The notes beneath the pieces are model-generated. The model saw only the letters and a list, made by a program, of their open reading frames with translations, had not been told where the DNA came from and ran no database searches. DNA of 32,000 bases from Elusimicrobia bacterium RIFCSPLOWO2_01_FULL_59_12. GTDB lineage: Bacteria; Elusimicrobiota; Elusimicrobia; 2-01-FULL-59-12. Of the stretch, positions 1 to 8,017 are shown piece after piece; the first letter of the stretch is position 1; each line of letters begins with the position of its first letter. Both the position numbers and the translations under genes were made by a program. Location: positions 18,986-50,985 of the forward strand of contig MGUR01000014.1 of assembly GCA_001800075.1 (NCBI GenBank). The letters run 5' to 3'.

Positions 1-1
1 C

Positions 2-460
2 ACGCAATTCACGTATTTCCAGGAAATCGGCGGCATCAAACTGGATCCGATTTCTGTCGAGCTGACCTACGGGCTGGAACGTTTGGCGATGTACTCTCAG
101 AAAAAGAACAATGTCTACGAGGTCCTCTGGGCGCCCGGGATCACCTACGGGGACGTTCATCTGGAAGACGAACGCGAGTATTCGAAGTACAACTTTGAAG
201 CCGCAGAGGTCCAGGTGCTGCGGCGGATGTTCGATGATCATGAATCCGAAGCCAAGCGCTTGCTGGCGATGGATCTGGTTCGGCCGGCCTATGATCAAGC
301 GCTGAAGTGCTCACATCTTTTCAATCTTCTGCAGGCGCGCGGCGCGATCTCGGTCTCCGAACGGGTCGGGTACGTGGCGCGGGTCCGCGGCCTGGCCTGC
401 CAGGTGGCCCAGCGGTATGTGGAAAAAGTTGAAAAAACTAAGGAAACGGCCAAGTTATGA
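2..460 (+). CDS. glyQ: glycyl-tRNA synthetase alpha subunit, C-terminal part (5' end lies outside the window)
   Basis: The frame is open from base 2. The translation TQFTYFQEIGG...ELTYGLERLAMY...YNFE...AISVSER is colinear with the conserved GlyQ core as I remember it from E. coli. The stop overlaps the glyS start (ATGA at 457-460). Confidence 0.9.
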   Translation, partial: TQFTYFQEIGGIKLDPISVELTYGLERLAMYSQKKNNVYEVLWAPGITYGDVHLEDEREYSKYNFEAAEVQVLRRMFDDHESEAKRLLAMDLVRPAYDQALKCSHLFNLLQARGAISVSERVGYVARVRGLACQVAQRYVEKVEKTKETAKL

Positions 461-2559
461 CGGCGAAGGACGCCTTATTGGAAATTGGCTGCGAGGAACT
501 GCCGGCGTCGTTTGTCCCGCTGGGGATCAAACAGCTTCAGGGGATCGCGGAACATTCTCTCCGGGACCATCACCTCGTGTTTAAATCCGTCTGTGTGTAC
601 GGCACGCCGCGCCGCCTGGCCGTCTGCATACAGGAACTTGCCGGGCACTCGCCGGATCAGGAACGGCGCGTTTTGGGCCCTTCCGTGACCAGCGCCAAGG
701 ACGCGGCGGGGCAGTGGAGCGCCGCCGCCCTGGGGTTTGCGCGCAAGCACGGTCTTCGCCCCGCCGATCTCCAGATCGAAAATGGCCGCTTGTGCGCGGT
801 CCTCCAGCTGAAAGGCGTCGGGACACGCGCCCTGCTGGCGGAGCTTTTCCCGCAATGGGTCGCCCGTCTTGAATTTCCCAAAACAATGGTTTGGGAGCCC
901 ACCCAGTTCCGTTTTCCAAGGCCCATTCGCTGGTTCACCGCCCTGTGGGGTTCCGATGGGGTGCTCTTTGCGCTCGCCGGCGTCCGGTCCGGCCGCTGGA
1001 CGTACGGCCTGTCCCAGCAGTCTTCCAAGAAAGTTCCGGTCGCGCAGTGCGGGAAATATGTGGGGCTGATGAAAAACCAATGCGTCCTGGTGGATCCCGC
1101 GGCGCGCCGCGAGGCGATTCATAAATTGTCCGAGCAGGCGGTGCGCCGGGTTCACGGGCAGGTGTTGATGCGCGAGAGACTGCTGGAAGAGGTCGTTCAC
1201 CTGGTGGAGCACCCCGCCGCGATCCTGGGTAATTTTGATCCGGTGCACCTGCAGCTGCCGCGCGAGGTGCTGGTGACCTGCATCGAGCATCACCAGAAGT
1301 TTTTTCCCGTGGAAACCGGGGAGTCGCACAAACTCCTGCCCCATTTTATCGGGATTCGAAACGGTGTATCGGTCCATCAGGAACTGGTCCGGGAGGGCTA
1401 CGAGCGCGTCCTGGCCGCCCGGCTTTCCGACGCGCGTTTTTTCTTTGACCAGGATCGCCGGACGCCTCTGGCCGCGAAAGTCGACGCGTTGCGCGGCGTG
1501 ACGTTCCAGAAAGATCTGGGGACGCTGTTCGATAAAAAGGAACGGGTCAAAGCGTTGCTGGACGCGATGGCCCAAAAATTAAATTGGGGAGAAACCGAGC
1601 GAGGACAGGCCCTGCGCGCGGCGGACCTCAGCAAGGCGGACCTGGTGACGGACATGGTGGGGGAATTTCCCGAGCTGCAAGGCGTCATGGCGCGGCTCTA
1701 CGCGCAGGCGGATAACGAGGATCCCGTTGTCGCCCGGGCCTTGGAAGAGCATTACTGGCCGATCACAATGTCCGGGGCGCTCCCGGGTTCTTCGATTGCG
1801 GCGGCGGTGGCGGTGGCGGACAAGCTGGATACCCTGGCCGGCGATTTCGCCGTGGGTTTGATCCCCACGGGGTCCGCGGATCCGTACGGGCTGCGCCGCG
1901 CGGCCGTCGGTATCTTGCGGATTCTGGAAGCCCAGTCATGGCCGCTCCCGCTGGAGTGGCTGATCGACAAGGCGCTGACCTTCCTGCCGAAAGACGTCGT
2001 GACCAGCCGCGACAAGGCGCATCAAGACTTGCTGCAGTTCATGCAGCAGCGTCTCGCGGCCATTCTGGAAGAACGCGGATTTCAGCATGACGAAGTGGAC
2101 GCCGTCCTGGTCCGGATCTGGGAAATTCCAGAGACCTTGGCCCGGCTGCAGGCGTTGCATGACATCCGCACCCGTCCTGAATTTGGGTCCTTGGCCAGTT
2201 CGTTTAAGCGCGCGCTCAATATTGTCCGAGAAGCCAATCCCAAGGGCGGGATGGGGGTCCTCCATCCGCATTCCGAAAGCGGCGTTCGCGCCGATTTGCT
2301 TCAAGACCCTTCCGAACAGGCCTTATTCCAAACGTTTCAGAATCTCCAGCAGCATCTTGAGCAGCACATTCAGGGCGGCGCCTACGGCCAAGCGTTGGAA
2401 TCCATGGTCACTTTACGCGATCCCCTGGACCGGTTCTTTAAAGGCGTCAGGGTCATGGCGGAGGATTCCTCCCTGCGCGCCAACCGTCTGGCGCTCCTGA
2501 CCGGCATTGTGCGGCTCTTCCTCCGAATCGCCGACTTCTCCAAGCTGCAAAATGCGTGA
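457..2559 (+). CDS. glyS: glycyl-tRNA synthetase beta subunit
   Basis: 700-aa ORF with the typical GlyS N-terminus (LLEIGCEELPA) and downstream GlyS-like blocks (YGTPRRLAV, ADPYGLRRAA). It is translationally coupled to glyQ. Confidence 0.93.
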   Translation: MTAKDALLEIGCEELPASFVPLGIKQLQGIAEHSLRDHHLVFKSVCVYGTPRRLAVCIQELAGHSPDQERRVLGPSVTSAKDAAGQWSAAALGFARKHGLRPADLQIENGRLCAVLQLKGVGTRALLAELFPQWVARLEFPKTMVWEPTQFRFPRPIRWFTALWGSDGVLFALAGVRSGRWTYGLSQQSSKKVPVAQCGKYVGLMKNQCVLVDPAARREAIHKLSEQAVRRVHGQVLMRERLLEEVVHLVEHPAAILGNFDPVHLQLPREVLVTCIEHHQKFFPVETGESHKLLPHFIGIRNGVSVHQELVREGYERVLAARLSDARFFFDQDRRTPLAAKVDALRGVTFQKDLGTLFDKKERVKALLDAMAQKLNWGETERGQALRAADLSKADLVTDMVGEFPELQGVMARLYAQADNEDPVVARALEEHYWPITMSGALPGSSIAAAVAVADKLDTLAGDFAVGLIPTGSADPYGLRRAAVGILRILEAQSWPLPLEWLIDKALTFLPKDVVTSRDKAHQDLLQFMQQRLAAILEERGFQHDEVDAVLVRIWEIPETLARLQALHDIRTRPEFGSLASSFKRALNIVREANPKGGMGVLHPHSESGVRADLLQDPSEQALFQTFQNLQQHLEQHIQGGAYGQALESMVTLRDPLDRFFKGVRVMAEDSSLRANRLALLTGIVRLFLRIADFSKLQNA

Positions 2560-3364
2560 AGCCTGGCTGATCCTGGCCAATGTCGCGCTGCCGCTCTGCG
2601 CCGGGGTGACGTTTTTCGCGCTGGCCCGCTATGTCATGCACATCGCGCCCATGCGGCAGCTGGTGACGGGCGAGATGACGTATAAAGGGGCCATGTGGGG
2701 CTTCGCTTTTTTCGGAGCCTATCTGATGTCCCGGCCGCTGCAGATCCTGCTCGGCCCCCATCCCATCCCCCTGGTCATCAACGAAGTGCGGGAATTCTGC
2801 ATGATGGCGCTTTTCGGGCCGGCGGTTTTTGTCGCGATGATGAGTCTTTGTTTCGGCAGTGATCGGATCCCGCGCAAATTGGTTCTGGGCATTTTCAGTC
2901 TGGGGATGCTGCTGGGGCTGGTCTTTGTGGTGTTGAACGCGCATGCCATGGGGAAGGCGGAGGTCATTTTTCGAATTGGGTCGTACCCCGCCTATGATGG
3001 GCTCTGGTTCAAAAACCCCGACGCGCATGGGAAAGCGCTGATGGCGATCCTGTTTGTGATCCGCTTGATCGATCCAGTCGGGCTGTTGATGCTGGCCGGC
3101 GTGATCGTGTTCCGACATGCGCGCCATTACCCCGCCGCCAAACGATCGGTCTACGACAACATGCCCAAAAAGCTTTACCTGCTCTCGGCAGCCGTCTTTG
3201 CCTTCCCCGTGTCCATGCTGATCACCGGCGTTCTGGTCTTCCTGGGCCATCCGAACCAGTGGTGGATTTATTACCTGGGGGCCCTCCTGGCCGGCTTCCT
3301 GGAGGCGGCCAGTCTTCGCCTCTCCGTCAAAAAGGATGTTCAGGTCAGCGAACACCCCCTGTAA
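2552..3364 (+). CDS. polytopic inner-membrane protein, function unknown
   Basis: The ORF contains about 7 hydrophobic helices. I chose the ATG at 2552 (MREAWLILANV...), which overlaps the glyS stop (ATGcgTGA), rather than the ORF-track start at 2507, which runs 50 nt inside glyS. I recognise no family. Confidence 0.6.
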   Translation: MREAWLILANVALPLCAGVTFFALARYVMHIAPMRQLVTGEMTYKGAMWGFAFFGAYLMSRPLQILLGPHPIPLVINEVREFCMMALFGPAVFVAMMSLCFGSDRIPRKLVLGIFSLGMLLGLVFVVLNAHAMGKAEVIFRIGSYPAYDGLWFKNPDAHGKALMAILFVIRLIDPVGLLMLAGVIVFRHARHYPAAKRSVYDNMPKKLYLLSAAVFAFPVSMLITGVLVFLGHPNQWWIYYLGALLAGFLEAASLRLSVKKDVQVSEHPL

Positions 3365-3430
3365 CGAACCCCCTAAACACCTTTAAAAATCCATTGCATC
3401 CGAAATGAAGCCGGTTATACTGAATTTGCC

Positions 3431-3508
3431 GTCATCCCCGCGGTCGTAAGCGGGGATCCAGTGGCGTTGGCGGAAAAGTCACTGGACCCCGGCCTTCGCC
3501 GGGGTGAC
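3431..3508 (+). repeat. family-A palindromic element, three-hairpin form
   Basis: GTCATCCCCGCggtcgtaaGCGGGGATCCAGTGgcgttggcggaaaagtCACTGGACCCCGGCcttcGCCGGGGTGAC. It has terminal inverted GTCAT/GTGAC ends and three internal stem-loops. It is related to the copies at 22525, 25893, 27359 and 29944. Confidence 0.75.
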
Positions 3509-3518
3509 GAAAGGGAGG

Positions 3519-3881
3519 ATGCCTGTGATAGTCTGCGCCACCAACGAATCCAAAGGGCAGGTGCTGGCCCCGCGGGTGAGAGTCGCCTCTTCTCTTTGGG
3601 CCCGCAGCAAAGGGTTGTTGGGAACGGCGTCGTTGCCGCCCGAGGAGGGGCTTTGGTTAAAGCCGTGCCGTTCGATTCATACGTTTTTCATGCGGTTCCC
3701 GATCGATGTGCTTTTTCTAGACGGCCAGGGCCGGGTGCTGTCCAAGGCCACCGTGGCCCCCTGGAAGATGTCCGGCTGGAAACGGCAGGCCGCCGGCGCG
3801 CTGGAGCTGACGGCGGGAACGCTGGAACGCACGCACACTGAAATAGGAGACCGAATAACATTCTCGAGGATGGAGGATTGA
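3519..3881 (+). CDS. DUF192-family protein
   Basis: The pattern ARSKGLLG...EGLWLKPCRSIHTFFMRFPIDVLFLD...GRV matches the DUF192 pattern (GLMgr...Gmlf...siHm.gM.fplDv.fld). The start is ambiguous: GTG 3504 lies inside the repeat, ATG 3519 abuts GGGAGG, and GTG 3525 has better SD spacing. Confidence 0.7.
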   Translation: MPVIVCATNESKGQVLAPRVRVASSLWARSKGLLGTASLPPEEGLWLKPCRSIHTFFMRFPIDVLFLDGQGRVLSKATVAPWKMSGWKRQAAGALELTAGTLERTHTEIGDRITFSRMED

Positions 3882-3949
3882 AGAGGGTCAAGGATGTTTT
3901 TGTTTTAAAGAGCATTTCCTCGACCATCCGCCATTTTCCATCTTCCATG
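3866..3949. repeat. family-B long imperfect hairpin (GGATGGAGG...GGGTCAAGG / AT-rich loop / CCTCGACCATC...CCATCTTCC)
   Basis: An imperfect stem of about 28 bp, paired by hand, surrounds an AT-rich loop. It starts inside the last codons of the DUF192 gene. The architecture matches the element at 17781-17841. Confidence 0.5.
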
Positions 3950-3967
3950 TCAGTTCATTAGGACTCT

Positions 3968-5737
3968 ATGGCGACTTCTTCCACCAAAGGCGCGGCCAAC
4001 CGGAAAAGCATCAGCGACATTCTGATTGCCCGAAAGCTGGTGACCGACCAGCAGCTTCGCCCCGCCGTCGATGAGGCCGAGCGGATGGACAAGCCGCTGC
4101 AGCAGGTCGTTGTCGAGAAGAAAATACTTGAGAAAAACGCCGTCTTGAAAGCCCTTTCGGAAGAGTGGCGGATCAAGGCGGTCAACCTCGCGGACATGGA
4201 AGTGGACCTGGATGTGGTGAAGGTGGTCCCGGAAGCCACCGCCCGCCGCCACAATGCCGTGCCGTTTGCCAAAGAGGAAAACGTCCTGTTTGTGGCGATG
4301 TCCGATCCGCGCGACTTTTTCGCGGTCGAGGACATTCAGCTGCGCACCGGTTTTGAAGTCCAGCCGTATCTTTCGATGCCCGGGGACGTCGGCGCTCTGC
4401 TCGACAAGGCGTACGGCACCTCCGCCTCGACCACCCCCGACGTCAGCGTCGAAGATATCATCCGGGGCGTAAGCGCCGGCGCCGATGGATCAAGTGACGA
4501 ATTGATGGTGGCACAGGCCATCGAACAGGTGGCCGACGTCGCCGAGGTGTCCGCCGATGCGCCTGAAGTTGAAAAGCTGGTGAACGCCATCATTCTGGGC
4601 GCGCTGCAGCAGAAGGCGTCCGATATTCACATCGAACCCTTTGAGCGAAGGCTCCTTTTACGCTACCGGGTGGATGGAAACCTCCGGGAAGCGCCTTTCG
4701 CGCTTCCCTACAGCTACCGGAACGCGCTGATCGCCAAGATCAAGATCATGACCAACCAGATGGATATCACCGAGCACCGCAAGCCCCAGGACGGCCGCAT
4801 CCAGGTCACGGCCAAAGGAAACCCGATTGAATTCCGCGTGAACGTCATCCCGACGGTATTCGGCGAGTCCTGCGTCATGCGCGTGCTGGACCGCTCCTCC
4901 ATCCAGGTGGAAATGACAAAAATGGGTTTTCTGCCGGACACGCTGGAAAAGTTCAAAGAGGTCCTGGATCGGCCCTACGGACTGATTCTGGTGTGCGGCC
5001 CCACGGGTTCGGGAAAATCCACCACGCTCTATGCCGCCTTGAACAGCATCAATCAGCCGGACGTGAAGATCCTGACCGCTGAGAACCCGGTGGAATACAA
5101 CCTGCCGGGCATCATTCAGATCAACGTCAACCAGGAAATCGGATTCACATTTGCCGAGGCCCTGCGCGCGTTCCTGCGCCAGGACCCGGATATCGTGATG
5201 GTGGGTGAAATCCGCGACAAGGAAACCGCGCAGATCGCGATGGAAGCCGCCATGACCGGCCACCTGGTGTTTTCCACCATTCATACCAACGACGCCCCCA
5301 GCGCGGTCGCCCGCCTGCATGAGATGGGCGTCCCCAACTTCCTGGTGGCTTCCACGATTGAAGCGTGCCTCGCCCAACGCCTGGTTCGCCGCGTCTGCAA
5401 GGACTGCAAGGAGCCGATCAAACCGACCGATGAGATGAAAAAGCTTTTTAATGAAAACAAAATTGATATTTCCAAGGCCACGTTTTTTAAAGGGAAAGGG
5501 TGCGCCACCTGCAATCTGGTGGGCTACAAAGGGCGGCTCGGGGTCCATGAGCTTCTGGTGCTCAACTCGGATATCAAAAAACTGGTCCTCTCGGAGGTCG
5601 CGGCCGGTCCGGTCCGTGAGCTGGCGCTGAAAGCGGGCATGCGGCCGCTGTTTCAGGATGGTTTGATGAAAGTCGCGCAGGGCCTCACCACGGTGGAAGA
5701 AGTGATCTCGGTGGCGACGTCCGGGGAAGGTTCGTGA
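3968..5737 (+). CDS. pilB: GspE/PilB-family secretion or type IV pilus assembly ATPase with an N-terminal T2SSE_N (MshEN-like) domain
   Basis: Walker A GPTGSGKST, Walker B/Asp box DPDIVMVGEIRD and His box TGHLVFSTIHTN are present, as is a tetracysteine CKDC...CATC. The N-terminal roughly 140 aa have the T2SSE_N pattern. Confidence 0.85.
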   Translation: MATSSTKGAANRKSISDILIARKLVTDQQLRPAVDEAERMDKPLQQVVVEKKILEKNAVLKALSEEWRIKAVNLADMEVDLDVVKVVPEATARRHNAVPFAKEENVLFVAMSDPRDFFAVEDIQLRTGFEVQPYLSMPGDVGALLDKAYGTSASTTPDVSVEDIIRGVSAGADGSSDELMVAQAIEQVADVAEVSADAPEVEKLVNAIILGALQQKASDIHIEPFERRLLLRYRVDGNLREAPFALPYSYRNALIAKIKIMTNQMDITEHRKPQDGRIQVTAKGNPIEFRVNVIPTVFGESCVMRVLDRSSIQVEMTKMGFLPDTLEKFKEVLDRPYGLILVCGPTGSGKSTTLYAALNSINQPDVKILTAENPVEYNLPGIIQINVNQEIGFTFAEALRAFLRQDPDIVMVGEIRDKETAQIAMEAAMTGHLVFSTIHTNDAPSAVARLHEMGVPNFLVASTIEACLAQRLVRRVCKDCKEPIKPTDEMKKLFNENKIDISKATFFKGKGCATCNLVGYKGRLGVHELLVLNSDIKKLVLSEVAAGPVRELALKAGMRPLFQDGLMKVAQGLTTVEEVISVATSGEGS

Positions 5738-6906
5738 TGGCGACGGCCGCGGACATCCTGTGCTCTTTTTGCCAGGTCAAGCTGTCGGACGCCGGTCATT
5801 TCTGCCCGCAGTGCGGCGCTCCCGTGGACGGCGCGTGGTCCGGCTCCAACGGCGATACGACCTTCGTGCAGGGGTTGATCAGCCTGGCGCGCGGCTTAAG
5901 TTCCACGCAGGATGTCGACGCCTTGCTGAAACGGATCGGGCAATCGGCGGAGCAGATGCTCCTTTGCGAAGCCTCATCGATCATGCTGCTGGATGATGAG
6001 AAGACCCATCTCTATTTCAAGGTGGCGACCGGTGAAAAAGGCGGCGTGGTGACGCGCTACAAAATCAAGCTGGGAGAAGGGATCGCCGGGGCCGTGGCGC
6101 AATCGCGAGAATCCATCCTGATCAATGACGTCACCCAGGACGCGCGTTTCGCGGCGCGGTACGATCAGATCTCCGGTTTTAAGACCCGTTCGGTCCTATG
6201 CTCGCCAATGATCGCGGGCGGCGAGCTGGTGGGCGTGCTCGAAGTCCTCAACAAAAAGACCCCAAGCGGCTTTACGGAAGGCGACCAGGGCCTCTTGGAA
6301 AGCTTGGCGGGGCTCGGCGCCGTGGCGATCGGGAACGCGCGGGTGATGGGCGGTTTCCGCAACTTTTATTCCAACACGATCGAAATCTTGATCAGCGCGA
6401 TCGAAACGCGCGACCTGCGCATGGCGGGCCATTGTTTCCGGGTGGCCCAGCGCGCCAGCTCCCTGGGGCGCAAGCTGGGGCTGGAAGGGCAAGTCCTGAA
6501 AGATCTGTATTACGCGGCCCTGCTTCACGATATTGGATTTTTGAAAGTGGCGGGCGGATGGAACGCCTCCCGCGTCCTGATCATGGAAACGCCGCATTCC
6601 GAGCAAACCCATCCCTTGATTGGGGCGGAAATGGTCAGCGGCATACATATTTTGAAAGGGGCCTCCGCGCTGATCGCGATGCACCACGAGTGCTATGACG
6701 GCTCCGGTTTTCCCAAAGGCCTCAAGGGCGACGACATGCCGATCGGCGGCTACATCCTGTCCACCATCGAGGCCTGCGAGGAAATGCGCATGCAGGGCTA
6801 TTCCGAAGAGCAAGTGCTTGCCGCCCTTGAAACCGACGCCGGCAAACGGTTCCACCCCCAAGTCGCCGCCGCCTACCACGACGTCCTCCAGCAAGAAACC
6901 CGATAG
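5737..6906 (+). CDS. zinc-ribbon + GAF + HD-GYP domain protein (putative c-di-GMP phosphodiesterase or signalling protein)
   Basis: The N-terminus has CSFC...CPQC. A GAF-like block follows (IMLLDDE...LYFKVATGE...IAG.VA....ILINDV..D.RF). The HD domain has ALLHDIGF and HHECYDGSGFPKGL (an HHExxDGxG[YF]P signature). The ATG overlaps the pilB stop (TGATG); GTG 5734 is an alternative start. Confidence 0.85.
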   Translation: MATAADILCSFCQVKLSDAGHFCPQCGAPVDGAWSGSNGDTTFVQGLISLARGLSSTQDVDALLKRIGQSAEQMLLCEASSIMLLDDEKTHLYFKVATGEKGGVVTRYKIKLGEGIAGAVAQSRESILINDVTQDARFAARYDQISGFKTRSVLCSPMIAGGELVGVLEVLNKKTPSGFTEGDQGLLESLAGLGAVAIGNARVMGGFRNFYSNTIEILISAIETRDLRMAGHCFRVAQRASSLGRKLGLEGQVLKDLYYAALLHDIGFLKVAGGWNASRVLIMETPHSEQTHPLIGAEMVSGIHILKGASALIAMHHECYDGSGFPKGLKGDDMPIGGYILSTIEACEEMRMQGYSEEQVLAALETDAGKRFHPQVAAAYHDVLQQETR

Positions 6907-6911
6907 CCCTT

Positions 6912-6920
6912 TGCTATAAT
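6912..6920 (+). promoter_or_regulatory. candidate extended -10 promoter element TGcTATAAT upstream of mdh
   Basis: This is an exact TGnTATAAT match. The -35 region (caagaa) is poor, as is usual for extended -10 promoters. It would give an mdh leader of about 75 nt containing the 6929-6973 hairpin. Confidence 0.35.
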
Positions 6921-6928
6921 CCCGGCCA

Positions 6929-6973
6929 CCATCGGTAGGGTCGCCAGACGTCTGGCGACCCATTTACCGATGG
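6929..6973. repeat. 45-nt near-perfect palindrome / hairpin
   Basis: CCATCGGTA-GGGTCGCCAGAC|GTCTGGCGACCC-att-TACCGATGG. The central 24 nt are a perfect palindrome, and the outer 9-bp arms are also complementary, leaving a 3-nt bulge. Confidence 0.8.
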
Positions 6974-7001
6974 CCATCACTACTAGAAAAATAAGGAGTT
7001 G

Positions 7002-7931
7002 ATGGTGCGAAAGAAAATTACCGTCGTAGGAGCGGGCAATGTCGGCGCCAGCGCGGCGGCGTGGCTGGCTGAAAAAGGAACATTCGACGTCGTGTTGGTC
7101 GATGTCGTGGAGGGAATGCCGCAGGGCAAAGCCCTGGATCTCCTGCAGGTGGGGCCTATCGTGGGGTCTGACGCCCAGGTGATAGGCGCCAATGATTACG
7201 GCCCCACGGCCGGATCCGATCTTTTCATCGTCACCGCGGGGATTGCCCGCAAGCCCGGGATGAGCCGGGATGATCTGCTCAAAACAAATACCGGAATCGT
7301 GAAAGCGGTCGCCGAACAGATCCGGAAAACATCGCCCAACGCCATTGTGATTGTGGTGTCTAATCCGCTTGACGCCATGTGCTATGTGATGAAGCGGGTG
7401 ACCGGGTTCCCGCGGGAACAGGTGATCGGCATGGCCGGGGTGCTGGATTCCGCCCGGATGGCGACCTTTATCGCGCAGGAAGTCAAAACCTCGGTGAAAA
7501 ACGTGAATGCGTGCGTGCTGGGCGGCCACGGGGACACGATGGTCCCCTTGCCGCGCTATACCACCGTCTGCGGGGTCCCGATCACTGAAATAATCTCCAA
7601 GGAGAAAATCGACGCCCTCCTCAAACGCACGGCCAGCGGGGGCGCGGAGATCGTGGCGCTCTTGAAAACCGGCAGCGCGTTCTACGCCCCCAGCGCCGCC
7701 GCGGTCCAGATGGCCGAGGCCATCCTTTATGACAAAAAACAGGTCCTTCCGTGCGCCGTCTGGCTGCAGGGGGAATACGGTTTAAAAGATGTGTTTGTGG
7801 GTGTCCCTGTCAAATTGGGCGCCCGGGGCCTGGAACAGATTATCCCTTTGAACCTCACGTCCGAAGAACAATCCGCCCTTCACAAATCCGCCGACTCCGT
7901 CCGCGAACTGCAACAAATCACAGGGGTATAA
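7002..7931 (+). CDS. mdh: malate dehydrogenase (LDH-like MDH type)
   Basis: [11 protein letters not shown] Rossmann motif, [20 protein letters not shown] and GGHGDTMVP catalytic His region. AGGAG lies at 6994-6998. The start could be TTG 6999, ATG 7002 or GTG 7005. Confidence 0.92.
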   Translation: MVRKKITVVGAGNVGASAAAWLAEKGTFDVVLVDVVEGMPQGKALDLLQVGPIVGSDAQVIGANDYGPTAGSDLFIVTAGIARKPGMSRDDLLKTNTGIVKAVAEQIRKTSPNAIVIVVSNPLDAMCYVMKRVTGFPREQVIGMAGVLDSARMATFIAQEVKTSVKNVNACVLGGHGDTMVPLPRYTTVCGVPITEIISKEKIDALLKRTASGGAEIVALLKTGSAFYAPSAAAVQMAEAILYDKKQVLPCAVWLQGEYGLKDVFVGVPVKLGARGLEQIIPLNLTSEEQSALHKSADSVRELQQITGV

Positions 7932-7946
7932 CGACGTGGTAAGGGG

Positions 7947-8015
7947 ATGGCGTGGTAACGTGGTAACGATCCGATTGACACACCGCGCTACCACTTTACC
8001 ACGTTACCACGCCAT
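7947..8015. repeat. perfect 20-bp inverted repeat (ATGGCGTGGTAACGTGGTAA / TTACCACGTTACCACGCCAT) with a 29-nt loop
   Basis: Both arms were read directly (7947-7966 and 7996-8015). The arms are built from tandem GTGGTAA heptads, and a third heptad lies at 7936-7942. The right arm ends 2 nt before the coaX ATG. Confidence 0.85.
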
Positions 8016-8017
8016 TT

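Noticed and set aside
475-1575. 366-aa minus-strand ORF, together with similar long antisense ORFs at 2453-3355, 4658-5548, 6196-6963, 6873-7529, 9968-10990, 14281-15285, 19552-20190, 24571-25374 and 29812-30456
   Set aside because: All lie opposite genes with strong family signatures (glyS, the membrane protein, pilB, the HD-GYP gene, mdh, typA, the saccharopine-DH gene, the helicase, fixC, motA). They show shadow-ORF composition and contain no independent motifs.
3461-3841. 126-aa + strand ORF overlapping the DUF192 gene in another frame
   Set aside because: It starts inside the family-A repeat and has an Arg/Gly/Ala-rich translation. The alternative frame gives a clean DUF192 match.
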